This document shows, one piece after another, positions 28,156-36,853 of a DNA stretch of 55,991 nt (the stretch's first letter is position 1; the number at the start of each line of letters is the position of its first letter). Source of the DNA: a virus. Lineage: Duplodnaviria; Caudoviricetes. The DNA is taken from positions 1-55,991 of the IMG/VR virus record IMGVR_UViG_3300037755_000409; one strand, written 5' to 3'. Under the pieces are notes generated by a model that saw nothing but the letters and a program-made list of their open reading frames with translations, ran no database searches and was not told where the DNA came from. Position numbers and translations under genes: made by a program.

Positions 28156-28699
28156 CGCACTTACCGCCTTTCACTCTCACCAATCTGCGGCGGTATTCAT
28201 CAGGCGGCAAAATGAAGTGACGCCCGCGCTTGCCAAAAGGCGGCGTGTTGAATGCGTCTTCTTCGGTCCATCGAAGGCGGTAAACTCGCGAGAGCAACAT
28301 GCCGATGTCTATTTGGATGATGTTTTGAAGCCGGTATAGCGACATGCGCCCGTAAGGCGTGTCCCATATGCGCCTGCGCTTCTCTAGCGCCGGCGTCAAC
28401 GCACGCCTTACCGGCTTGCCTTCCCATAATCGGCGCGTGAGTGTGCGTCTGTTCACGCCGTAAAAACTAGCTGCTTCCGCGCGAGTCATCGGACCGTCAG
28501 GTGTGTCCACCAAAAGTCTGCGATGCGGATCTGGCTTCTTTGCAGCGCTGACGCACGCCTCAACGGACCAGCCTCTTTTGATGCGGTAGTCAAGCGCGCG
28601 TCTGGATATGCCGTAACGCTGCGCTGCCTCGCTTAAGGTCATTGCGCCTTCTGGTGTGCGCACGATGCGGTAATTACGCGGGCCGCGCGTCGCTTGCAT
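28148..28699 (-). CDS. Protein with three tandem HTH-like repeats
   Basis: TPEGAMTLSEAA..YGI / TPDGPMTRAEAA..YGV / TPYGRMSL repeats. Confidence 0.7.
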   Translation of the reverse strand: MQATRGPRNYRIVRTPEGAMTLSEAAQRYGISRRALDYRIKRGWSVEACVSAAKKPDPHRRLLVDTPDGPMTRAEAASFYGVNRRTLTRRLWEGKPVRRALTPALEKRRRIWDTPYGRMSLYRLQNIIQIDIGMLLSRVYRLRWTEEDAFNTPPFGKRGRHFILPPDEYRRRLVRVKGGKCDA

Positions 28700-28701
28700 A
28701 A

Positions 28702-29064
28702 TTAACCTCTTGCGTCTTTTTCAATTTCGTTTTCCGGGGATTTGCCGCAATCAGGGGCGTTGTCGCTTTCGCGTTTGCGCTTGCGGGTTTCGGCTGCGCG
28801 TCGTCCTCGCGCACTCAGTTTTTCGCCATGAAAGCATGACGCCTCGACCAGCTGCTCTTGCGTGATGACCAGGCCGAATTTCTCGGCAAGTACGCTCGCA
28901 AAGCGCGGCCAGTAGCACGGCGGCAGATAATTGCGATTGAGCCACTGCCGGGCACGGCTCGACGGCACGCCCATGTCTGCGGCGAGCTCATTGTAGGGTT
29001 TGTTTTTTTCGTTTGAAGGCCAAAGGCGCAATAAACGCGGGAAATCAATCGGTTGCACACTCAT
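28702..29064 (-). CDS. Cro-like regulator
   Basis: ELAADMGV..SRARQW..RN.LP..YW; divergent from the CI-like gene. Confidence 0.75.
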   Translation of the reverse strand: MSVQPIDFPRLLRLWPSNEKNKPYNELAADMGVPSSRARQWLNRNYLPPCYWPRFASVLAEKFGLVITQEQLVEASCFHGEKLSARGRRAAETRKRKRESDNAPDCGKSPENEIEKDARG

Positions 29065-29126
29065 GCACAATACTGTGCAATTTTTACTCAAAAACAGTCA
29101 ATTGATATTTTGCACGGTATTGTGTA
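29064..29126. promoter_or_regulatory. Immunity-region operators (TGCAC-N6-GTGCA)
   Basis: TGCACAATACTGTGCA at 29064-29079 and TGCACGGTATTGTGTA at 29111-29126 between the divergent regulators. Confidence 0.75.
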
Positions 29127-29154
29127 CGTTACGTACAAAACAAGGAAATGATTA

Positions 29155-29949
29155 ATGGACGAAGGACAAGCCAAGGGCTGGCGGCAGGAACAGGCCAGAG
29201 AATTCGGCCGCCGTCTGCAATGGGCCAGAAAGCGCGCCGGATACAGCACACGCCGCGCAGTCATCGATGCCATGCCGGACAAATGGGGCATTGCCCCGCG
29301 CACTTATTATTCGCATGAGCGCGGCGAGCGCACGCCTGAGCGTGACGACACGCTGCAGCATTATTGCGAGCTGTTCAATGTGTCCCGCGAATTCCTGCTA
29401 TTCGGGACGGGAACAGAGCTCGCAGAGTTCAGCAAGACCGAAAGCCATGAAATTGCTGAACAAATTAACCACACTGCTAATCAGGTTTATGAAAAATCTT
29501 CCAAATTTGAAGCAGTCCGATATATTCCCATAATACGAGCGAGCAATATTGAAAAAATAATCTCGGGCAAGGGAACCTTAGCGAACATGACTAAGGAATT
29601 TCTACCGGTGTCCAGCAGCTTGCTCGCCGGACCTCGCAGTTTTGGCTATGAAATCGCGTCTGAAGACGACTCCATGATCGGTGATGGCGGCAAGACATTT
29701 TCGCCTGGATCCCATGTCGTGGCGGATCCCGATCGGGAAATCATGCCTGGCAAATTCCTGCTGGTGCAATTCCCCGGCATGGATCCGACAGTGCGGCAAT
29801 TGCAGGCCGGTTTTTCGTACAAACCGGACGCGCCACGATTTCCTTTCACGCTCAAAGCCTTGAACCCGCGCTTTGATCCCGTCACGATCGGGAATGCGGA
29901 TGAGTGCGTCATCCTCGGACGCGTGGTGTTTACCATAGAAGAACTTTGA
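29155..29949 (+). CDS. CI-like repressor (HTH + S24-like domain)
   Basis: RLQWARKRAG..YYSHERGER, FLLFGTG; DDSM..FSPG..V.ADPD; ILGRVV. Confidence 0.9.
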   Translation: MDEGQAKGWRQEQAREFGRRLQWARKRAGYSTRRAVIDAMPDKWGIAPRTYYSHERGERTPERDDTLQHYCELFNVSREFLLFGTGTELAEFSKTESHEIAEQINHTANQVYEKSSKFEAVRYIPIIRASNIEKIISGKGTLANMTKEFLPVSSSLLAGPRSFGYEIASEDDSMIGDGGKTFSPGSHVVADPDREIMPGKFLLVQFPGMDPTVRQLQAGFSYKPDAPRFPFTLKALNPRFDPVTIGNADECVILGRVVFTIEEL

Positions 29950-29992
29950 TTGCACAATACTGTGCAATTTTATTTGACGTCCCTGTGCAATT
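29949..29992 (+). promoter_or_regulatory. Operator and -35 element of the rightward early promoter
   Basis: ATTGCACAATACTGTGCAAT at 29949-29968, TTGACG at 29974-29979, half-site CTGTGCAATT. Confidence 0.7.
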
Positions 29993-30029
29993 CCTGCTTC
30001 ACTGCCTCTTGCGGGAAGGCTGCAGACGC

Positions 30030-30111
30030 AGCTTACCGTAGCCCTCCTTGGGCGTTTCCTCCCATCAACTGGCCGGTCAGTTTCGTAACGCTTTTCTGAC
30101 CGGCCCTTTTT
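30030..30111 (+). ncRNA. MmgR/suhB-like small RNA
   Basis: CCCTCCTTGGGCGTTTCCTCCC core (30042-30063), then GGCCGGTCAG/CTGACCGGCC stem and T5; family match from memory, 5' end approximate. Confidence 0.65.
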
Positions 30112-30122
30112 GAGGGCGCAAG

Positions 30123-30416
30123 ATGGCACTCGTTACAGCTACCCACGACACAATCGATTTCAGCCGATACGCGCCGGACCGCGCCGCCCGTGCAATTGCA
30201 CCGCAGGGTGAACTCGCCGCGCTCTGGACCATCTTCACCGGCGGCTGGGTGCTTATCGGCCAGAGCGCATACCACGCCGGCCGCATCATCCTGCAACGCA
30301 GCTGGCACTGGACTGCCACGAACGTCGTGCAGTCGCTCAAATCGGCCTGGCTGATCGGCTCGGCCGGATGGATCACCAGCGCGACGCTATTCGCACTTCA
30401 TGTGATGGCGGGTTGA
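30123..30416 (+). CDS. Hypothetical membrane protein
   Basis: GAGGG RBS; hydrophobic C-terminus. Confidence 0.6.
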   Translation: MALVTATHDTIDFSRYAPDRAARAIAPQGELAALWTIFTGGWVLIGQSAYHAGRIILQRSWHWTATNVVQSLKSAWLIGSAGWITSATLFALHVMAG

Positions 30417-30418
30417 TC

Positions 30419-30646
30419 ATGAGATTCATCGCAGAATTTCTCATCGGCCAATGGATCAGCTTCGCACTGAACATCCTTGCCCGCACAGCTATCGGCGCGG
30501 GCGCGGCCTGGCTTATCGCATTGGCGACTGGCGACGCCGTTTACCAGACGCTCACCGCCTTCAGCCTGCTTCAGCATCCCGTCGAGGCCTGGCAGCTTGG
30601 TGCGACGCTCGGCTTTCTCAGCAGCTTTCTGCGAGGCGCGCGATGA
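30419..30646 (+). CDS. Hypothetical membrane protein
   Basis: Hydrophobic 75-aa ORF coupled to its neighbours. Confidence 0.6.
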   Translation: MRFIAEFLIGQWISFALNILARTAIGAGAAWLIALATGDAVYQTLTAFSLLQHPVEAWQLGATLGFLSSFLRGAR

Positions 30647-31002
30647 CCCATCTCGCTTACGGCAATATGCGAATTGGAACGGTTGCACCCAAGCCGGGCC
30701 AGGTTGCCGCCGATCGCATCGCCGGGCGCGTCTTCGATCGCATCGAGCATGACCGCACGCTGATCAAACAGAATGTCGCCGAAGAAATCCGCCAGGGCCT
30801 GCTCTTGCGTGATGCTGAAAGGGCGGACAGCGGCGAGGCTACCGAGCAGCTTATGGCACTGATTGCCGCCAGTGAGGTTGCCATCAAGGCTATCGAGCAC
30901 GGCATCCTGCAGCACTTCAAGCCGTCGATGGACACTTTGGTGCCGCTCGGCGAGCTGCACAGGCTGACCTATCGGCTGAAACATGCGAGGCGCGATGTCT
31001 AG
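30643..31002 (+). CDS. Hypothetical protein
   Basis: ATGA overlap with the upstream gene. Confidence 0.65.
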   Translation: MTHLAYGNMRIGTVAPKPGQVAADRIAGRVFDRIEHDRTLIKQNVAEEIRQGLLLRDAERADSGEATEQLMALIAASEVAIKAIEHGILQHFKPSMDTLVPLGELHRLTYRLKHARRDV

Positions 31003-31426
31003 CAAGTCCTTCCGCGTGTTCGTCCCCGGCCATCCTGCACCGCAAGGCTCAAAGCGCCATGTCGGCAAGGGCATCATGGTGGAGTCTTCGAAGCATGTCG
31101 CGCCTTGGCGTTCGGACGTGCGCTCTGCCTGCCTCGACACCGCAGGAAAGCCGCTCGCGTTCTTCGACGGCCCCGTCGATGTCGAGCTGCTCTTTGTGCT
31201 GCGACGGCCTGTGGCGACGCCCAAGACGCGCACACCGCCCGCAATCAAGAAACCCGACATCGACAAGCTGGCGCGCGCCATTCTCGACGCCATCGGCTCG
31301 GCAGGCATGTGGCGCGATGATAGCCAAGCTGTGGTGCTGTACGCCTTCAAGCGCATTGCCTTGCCTGATGAGACGCCTGGCTGCTGGATCAAGGTTAAAG
31401 ATCATGGGGGCTGGGTCGCGCCATGA
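30995..31426 (+). CDS. rusA: RusA-family Holliday junction resolvase
   Basis: PGHPAPQGSKR, KPDIDKLARAILDAI, WRDDSQ. Confidence 0.92.
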   Translation: MSSKSFRVFVPGHPAPQGSKRHVGKGIMVESSKHVAPWRSDVRSACLDTAGKPLAFFDGPVDVELLFVLRRPVATPKTRTPPAIKKPDIDKLARAILDAIGSAGMWRDDSQAVVLYAFKRIALPDETPGCWIKVKDHGGWVAP

Positions 31427-31884
31427 CCGGCTGGACCGACGAGTGGATAAAGATCCTCACCCATATGTGGGCCGACGCCTCGAATTCCGCCTCTCAAATT
31501 GGCGCGGAAATCGGCGTTACCAAAAACGCAGTCATAGGCATGCGCAAGCGCCTCGGACTGCCGGAAAGGCGCAGTGGCCGCCCGGTACAAAAGACTGAAG
31601 CGCAGGAAGCCAAGCCGCAGAAGCCAAAGCCGTCATCCAGTAAGCGCTTTTTCATACCGCCGTCGCGTAGAAGCTTGCCGAAGTTCAGAGCGCACCCGCA
31701 GCCGCACAAGGATGCGCCAGCACCGCGGATGCTCGATCTTGTCGACCTCACCGAGCGGACATGCAAATGGCCTGTCACGAATGAAACGCCGATTAAATTC
31801 TGCGGCCATGAGAAGGCATGCGGCGTTCCGTATTGCGAGTTTCATCAGCGTCGCGCGTCAGCAAAAGCAATGTCGTCAAACTAG
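31423..31884 (+). CDS. gcrA: GcrA-family cell-cycle regulator
   Basis: WTDE....L..MW....SASQIG..IGVTKNAVIG...RLGL; L.DLTERTCKWP..FCG..PYC.FH. Confidence 0.88.
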   Translation: MTGWTDEWIKILTHMWADASNSASQIGAEIGVTKNAVIGMRKRLGLPERRSGRPVQKTEAQEAKPQKPKPSSSKRFFIPPSRRSLPKFRAHPQPHKDAPAPRMLDLVDLTERTCKWPVTNETPIKFCGHEKACGVPYCEFHQRRASAKAMSSN

Positions 31885-31896
31885 AGGAAAACACGC

Positions 31897-32295
31897 ATGA
31901 AAAAATTCATCGCATTGGCATTGCTTGCGCCGCTGCTCGCCGGATGCAACGACGCCGACATTGCATCTCGCAATTTATCGAAGGCCGCCGACATGTTCGA
32001 AATCGAGCGGCGCGTCGTGTTCTATAACGGCATCACTGACACATACATGCTGACCATCGAGGGGCGCTGCTCACTCGGAAATCACGATAAAGCGAGACAG
32101 CTCAGCGTCACATGCAAGACGGGCGAGGGTTCCTACAAAAAGCATTTTCTCGGCCTGTCGGACAACGTGACGTTTTTCGTCGAGCAGCTCGAGCCGAAGG
32201 ACGTCAGCGTCTACCACTACCGGGTTGTGTTCAAGCCGCAGACAATCATTCCGGACATAGATTTCAGGGGTGATCTGGATGAGCTGGTGCAATGA
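31897..32295 (+). CDS. Phage lipoprotein
   Basis: LAGC lipobox; ASRNLSKAAD.FEI.RR.VFYNGIT. Confidence 0.85.
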   Translation: MKKFIALALLAPLLAGCNDADIASRNLSKAADMFEIERRVVFYNGITDTYMLTIEGRCSLGNHDKARQLSVTCKTGEGSYKKHFLGLSDNVTFFVEQLEPKDVSVYHYRVVFKPQTIIPDIDFRGDLDELVQ

Positions 32296-32516
32296 CCCTA
32301 GAGACCATCCGCAAAAACCAGCCAGACAAATCCGACTTCCTCATCACCTGCGACCACCAGGGCTGCAAGGCCGCGCTCGACGCCATGGACCGGACATTCT
32401 TCCAGGCAACCCAGTTCATCCGGGCGAAGGGCTGGCAGGCGCGGAAAGAGCGCGGCACGTGGTTTCACTACTGCCCAGAGCACCGCATCATGAACGGACA
32501 AAAGTTATCAAAATGA
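32292..32516 (+). CDS. Hypothetical Cys/His protein
   Basis: CD..GC...GW....HYCP.H; overlapping start and stop codons. Confidence 0.65.
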   Translation: MTLETIRKNQPDKSDFLITCDHQGCKAALDAMDRTFFQATQFIRAKGWQARKERGTWFHYCPEHRIMNGQKLSK

Positions 32517-32962
32517 GCGAAAGAAAATGGCCCGGCCAGCGCGCCGGATGGTGCATTCATTACCGCGCTTCACCGGCTTTTCACATGAAAGACAAACCGT
32601 GGATTTGTGGCGCGGGCGTGGATATCGATGAAGCTTGGGCTGGCGTCAGCCACAGCAAGCAGCCCTGCTTTCTGGATGATAGAGGAAACTCAAAACCCGA
32701 TGCGGTGCCATGCGCGCAGTTACGCCGTCCAACGCCGGAAGAGATTGCCGAATACGAAGCATGGCGCACCGGACGAATGGAAAAGCTCACCACCGTCTTG
32801 CGTGGCATCGCCGATTGGCGCGCGACGCACAAGGGAAATTCTCATTACGAAATCGTCGAATGTCCGGCATGCAAGGGACGCTTGCACCTGTCGATAACCG
32901 CATGCAATGGCCACGTCCACGGCCAATGCGAAACGCCCGACTGCGTTGCATGGATGGAATAA
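32513..32962 (+). CDS. Hypothetical Zn-binding protein
   Basis: CPAC.G.L..NGHVHG.C....C..WME. Confidence 0.7.
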   Translation: MSERKWPGQRAGWCIHYRASPAFHMKDKPWICGAGVDIDEAWAGVSHSKQPCFLDDRGNSKPDAVPCAQLRRPTPEEIAEYEAWRTGRMEKLTTVLRGIADWRATHKGNSHYEIVECPACKGRLHLSITACNGHVHGQCETPDCVAWME

Positions 32963-32963
32963 A

Positions 32964-33254
32964 ATGAAAAACTCTGAATTCCTCGCACAAGTCGTCATGG
33001 CGGTGACGGAATCGCGCCGCATCCGGCCCGGCAGCAATGGCAATTACAGGGATCTGCACAACGCCTTCATGGGCATGGCGCAGGCGATGGCATGGCAGCC
33101 GCCCGAGAAGGTGCGCCGCCACGCCGTGCGGATTGCCGTCGCCGCCATGCGGATCGCAATGGATGGCTGCGACAGCATTGAGGCGCATCGCAAGAAGCAT
33201 GGGCTGGATCCGCTCGCGCCGGATGCAATCAGGTTTACCGAGGACGCGCAATGA
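32964..33254 (+). CDS. Hypothetical protein (MazG-like helical C-terminus)
   Basis: VRRHAVRIAVAAMRIAMDG. Confidence 0.55.
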   Translation: MKNSEFLAQVVMAVTESRRIRPGSNGNYRDLHNAFMGMAQAMAWQPPEKVRRHAVRIAVAAMRIAMDGCDSIEAHRKKHGLDPLAPDAIRFTEDAQ

Positions 33255-33430
33255 AGCAGTCCCGCGCACAGATCTGGAACGAAGCCATCAGAGCGGCGGC
33301 CAAGGTCACCGAAACGCCGGACCGTGGCGGCCGTGAATGGGTACCCGGCAGTCTGTGGGAAGCCATCAGGATCGATACGGCCCGCGATATTCTCAAGCTT
33401 CTGATCGACGAGGAAAGCGAGACGCAATGA
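33251..33430 (+). CDS. Hypothetical protein (59 aa)
   Basis: ATGA overlaps at both ends; MKQSRAQIWNEAIRAAAKV... Confidence 0.55.
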   Translation: MKQSRAQIWNEAIRAAAKVTETPDRGGREWVPGSLWEAIRIDTARDILKLLIDEESETQ

Positions 33431-33762
33431 CCGTCTATGTCGACGACATGTATCTCACCGAGATGGGCCATTATGGCCGCATGCGCATGTCGCACATGAT
33501 CGCCGACACAGACGACGAGCTGCACGCGATGGCCGACCGTATCGGCGTCGCCCGCCGCTGGTTTCAGGACAAGAGCAGCGGCCCGCATTACGACATTGCG
33601 ATGAGCAAGCGAGCGCTCGCCATAAAGTATGGCGCCGTCAAAATTACCTTGAAGCAATGCGGCTATATGAACGCCATTCGGCGAAAGACCGGCAAGCTCG
33701 GTGAGCCGGAAACCTGCAAAGAAGTTTGGTTCAGGCTTTGGAAAAATGAGCAGTCTGCATAA
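33427..33762 (+). CDS. DUF4031-like protein
   Basis: MTVYVDD, SHMIADT.DELHAMA..IG..RRWFQ, HYDI...KR..A...GA. Confidence 0.8.
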   Translation: MTVYVDDMYLTEMGHYGRMRMSHMIADTDDELHAMADRIGVARRWFQDKSSGPHYDIAMSKRALAIKYGAVKITLKQCGYMNAIRRKTGKLGEPETCKEVWFRLWKNEQSA

Positions 33763-34006
33763 GGCCACCGGCAACGCCTTGCCGAACTCGCTACCGCCGC
33801 GCGGGCTCGCCCGTGAAACCGCGGCGGCTTACATTGGCGTTGGCGTCAGGCTCTTTGATGTTATGGTGGCCGATGGCCGTATGCCCAAACCGAAAATCAT
33901 CAACAGAAGACGGGTTTGGGACCGGGTCAAACTGGACATGGCTTTTGCAGCGTTGCCGGGCGATGACCAGGAAGAAACGACAAACATATGGGACGAACTG
34001 AACTGA
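33746..34006 (+). CDS. Excisionase / AlpA-like HTH protein
   Basis: PRGLARETAAAYIGVG...FD.MVADGRMPKP...RRVWDR; immediately upstream of the integrase. Confidence 0.8.
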   Translation: MSSLHKATGNALPNSLPPRGLARETAAAYIGVGVRLFDVMVADGRMPKPKIINRRRVWDRVKLDMAFAALPGDDQEETTNIWDELN

Positions 34007-34015
34007 GGGAACAAG

Positions 34016-35194
34016 ATGGCACGCGTCAAGCTCAAATACGTGACCAGCGACCGCGACCGGCACGGAAACGTGCGCTTCTACTTTCGCCGGCGCGGCATGG
34101 CTCGCAAATTCCGCCTGCCCGGCCTACCGGGATCTGAAGACTTCATGGCGGCCTATCGCGCCGCGCTCGCCGGCTCGCCTGCCCCTGCCACCGAAGACAC
34201 GCCGGCGCGACCGCCTGTCATCAAAGGCACGGACTCATTCGAATGGCTCTGCGATCGCTACCGGCGCAGCCCGGAATTCACGAACAATCTGACCGAGGTA
34301 ACCCAGACACGCCGCGCGCAGATGCTGACTTCGATCTGCGCCGAGCCGCTAAGCGACGCCAGGCCGGTGCCGATCGGTCGCCTGCCCTACGATCAGATCA
34401 CTGCGAAAGCCATCCGACGCCTGCGCGACCGCCGCGCGGATCGCCCGAACGGCGCGAACAACATGATGAAGGCGCTCAAGGTGCTGATGAAATGGGCCGT
34501 CGAAGCTGATTATCTCGACCACAACCCGGCCAAGGATGTGCCGCTCATCGAGGTGCACAGCGAGGGCTATCACACCTGGACGGTGGATGAGGTCCGTCAG
34601 TTCGAGGCCCGGCACCCAGTCGGGAGCAAGGCGCGGCTGGCGCTTGCGCTAATGCTCTACACCGGCCAGCGCCGCTCGGATATCATCCGGTTCGGACGTC
34701 AGCATGTTCGCGGCGATATCCTGACCTTCACGCAGGCCAAGAACAAGGCGCGCAAGCCGGTCACCCTGACGCTTAATATACTGCCGCCGCTGGCCAGGAT
34801 CATCGAGGCGACGCCGAGCAGCAATCTTACATTTCTGGAGACCGCGCACGGCCGCCCATTCACTGGCAACGGCATTGGAAACAAGTTCCGCGAATGGTGC
34901 GATCAGGCGGGTTTACCGCACTGCACGGCTCACGGATTACGTAAAGCTGGCGCAACGATCGCCGCCGAACGCGGTGCGACGGAAAAGCAACTCATGGCGA
35001 TTTTCGGCTGGTCGACACTTGCGCAGGTTCAGAATTATACGCGGCGCGCAAGCCAGGCGAAACTGGCCGCGGGCGCGATGCATTATCTCGACTTCGACGA
35101 GAACGAAACAGAGACAAATGTGTCCCACCGGAAAAGGCAGGTTGAGAGTGGTGGGACAATTAGCGCGAAAACCGCTTTAAAATCAGGTTCTTAA
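34016..35194 (+). CDS. int: Tyrosine integrase
   Basis: YTGQRRSD (R), QAKN (K), HGLRK (HxxR), FGW, NYT (Y). Confidence 0.96.
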   Translation: MARVKLKYVTSDRDRHGNVRFYFRRRGMARKFRLPGLPGSEDFMAAYRAALAGSPAPATEDTPARPPVIKGTDSFEWLCDRYRRSPEFTNNLTEVTQTRRAQMLTSICAEPLSDARPVPIGRLPYDQITAKAIRRLRDRRADRPNGANNMMKALKVLMKWAVEADYLDHNPAKDVPLIEVHSEGYHTWTVDEVRQFEARHPVGSKARLALALMLYTGQRRSDIIRFGRQHVRGDILTFTQAKNKARKPVTLTLNILPPLARIIEATPSSNLTFLETAHGRPFTGNGIGNKFREWCDQAGLPHCTAHGLRKAGATIAAERGATEKQLMAIFGWSTLAQVQNYTRRASQAKLAAGAMHYLDFDENETETNVSHRKRQVESGGTISAKTALKSGS

Positions 35195-35314
35195 TTTTGC
35201 GGTTCGAGCCCTGCCGCGATCGCCATTCGCCAATAAAATCAATAACTTAGCAACAAGTGGGACACAAAAACCGTGCATTGATTTCACGGGTTTTTTCCGG
35301 TTTGTGTCCCACTT
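35119..35314. other. attP: tRNA 3'-end core, arm-type repeats and IHF site
   Basis: Core GGTTCGAGCCCTGCCGCGATCGCCA 35201-35225; GTGGGACA boxes at 35119-28, 35151-58, 35255-68 and 35301-14; AATCAATAACTTA at 35237-35249. Confidence 0.85.
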
Positions 35315-35510
35315 TTTCAGCGTCAGATTTTTCCTGATTTTCTGCAATCTCAAGTAGAAATCGGAAAACCGGCCGATCTGACGCATTCGTTGCGCCGGCC
35401 ATGCGCTACCGGAACGCCGCGCGAACACGCCAGCCGCAACAGATCTCACAAAAAAATATCCACAAGCCCGTCGATGATGATTCCAAAGCGAAAAAGCACG
35501 ATCCGTGCGA

Positions 35511-35556
35511 TGCACAATTGCGTGTACGCAAAAAAACTAGTTGCACAATACGTACA
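35511..35556. promoter_or_regulatory. Operator-like sites upstream of the GT2 gene
   Basis: TGCACAATTGCGTGTA 35511-35526 and TGCACAATACGTACA 35542-35556. Confidence 0.5.
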
Positions 35557-35623
35557 ATTAATTTTACTAAAAATGCACATTTCACGGGATATCATCATGC
35601 TTCAAAATCATTCCGCATACACG

Positions 35624-36571
35624 ATGACGCGCATTTGCCTTGGGGTTTGCACACGTCAGCGTCCCATCCTGCTTTCGCAATGCCTGGACTCGATTCAGGA
35701 TCTCGACATTCCCGACCAATCCGGTCTGATGATCGTCATCGTCGACAATGACGACACGGCCAGCGCCCGCGGGCTCGTCGAAGGCTTTCAGCGAGAAAAT
35801 CCAAATCTTGCCGTTTTCTATCTTCACGAGCCGCGCCGGGGCATCGCACTTGCACGCAACGCCATCCTGCGATTTGCACAGCAGCACCTCAGCGACTGGA
35901 TCGTGATGCTCGACGACGATCAGCGCGTGCCCTCGTCCTGGCTACTCGATCTGTTCGCGGCGCAATTCAAGACCGGCGCGGAAGTCGTCAAGTCATCCGT
36001 GACCTATCACTATCCTGATCCGCTGCCGCGCTGGGCGTTCCCGAAAGGCAGGCCGCACAAATGGCAGCTCAATGCCGAGATGGCGGCAACCAATGGTGTG
36101 CTGTTTTCCGGCGCACTGATCGACCCGCACGATTTCGGTCTGCGGTTCCGTGAAGCCTACAATCTGAGCTGCGGCGAGGATCGCGATTTTTTCAAGAGTG
36201 CGAGCATGGCCGGCGCGCTGATCGTCCACACGCCTGATGCCGTCGCCTATGAGATGATGCCGCCCTCCAAGCTGACATTCACGACGCAGGTGCGCCGGCA
36301 GTTTCACGAAGAATGGGTGAACACGCAGCAGGACATGCGTTTTCATGGCGCGTCCAGAACGATCCTGCGCAAGAGCTGCAAGGCAGCGCAAATGATCCTG
36401 CATGGCGCTATCCTGACGCTGCTCTCGCCGCTCAGCGCACTGTTCAGCCCAAGGCGCGGCCGCAAGCAGCTGTTGAAGGGCGCAAAGCGGTTTGCCAAGG
36501 CGTTCGGACTGATTACCGGCCTCGTTTCCAGCGCAAGACCTGCGCCTTATCAGAACGTACACGGATATTAA
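35624..36571 (+). CDS. GT2-family glycosyltransferase (ExoM-like)
   Basis: CTRQRP..L..CL, IVIVDND, GIALARN, MLDDD, CGED. Confidence 0.9.
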   Translation: MTRICLGVCTRQRPILLSQCLDSIQDLDIPDQSGLMIVIVDNDDTASARGLVEGFQRENPNLAVFYLHEPRRGIALARNAILRFAQQHLSDWIVMLDDDQRVPSSWLLDLFAAQFKTGAEVVKSSVTYHYPDPLPRWAFPKGRPHKWQLNAEMAATNGVLFSGALIDPHDFGLRFREAYNLSCGEDRDFFKSASMAGALIVHTPDAVAYEMMPPSKLTFTTQVRRQFHEEWVNTQQDMRFHGASRTILRKSCKAAQMILHGAILTLLSPLSALFSPRRGRKQLLKGAKRFAKAFGLITGLVSSARPAPYQNVHGY

Positions 36572-36574
36572 GAG

Positions 36575-36825
36575 GTTGCGCTCGTCATCTCGCGCCCACC
36601 CAGCGCGTCGCCCGGCGAGTGCATGCGCCCCGCAGCGTTGTTTCCTTCCGCTGCGGGGCTGAAATCCTGACGTTGAGATCAGCGTTGGGTGAAGGCCGCA
36701 AGAGGTGCTCGCTCGTATCTCTTGCGGCCTGAAAGTAGCGATGAAGCACAAGAACAAGACAAGCGGGGTGTTCTTCATCGTGTAGCCGGGCCGGGCCATG
36801 TGATTCCCCCGGTCCGGCTACATTA
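36575..36825. ncRNA. Candidate structured RNA of unknown class
   Basis: Four helices of 9-15 bp in a ~280-nt intergenic gap. Confidence 0.4.
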
Positions 36826-36853
36826 AGCAGAAAAACATTACGAAAATGCGACC

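Noticed and set aside
35183-35225. Functional tRNA gene
   Set aside because: Only the T-loop to CCA portion is present and the 5' half is integrase coding sequence; interpreted as the attP core
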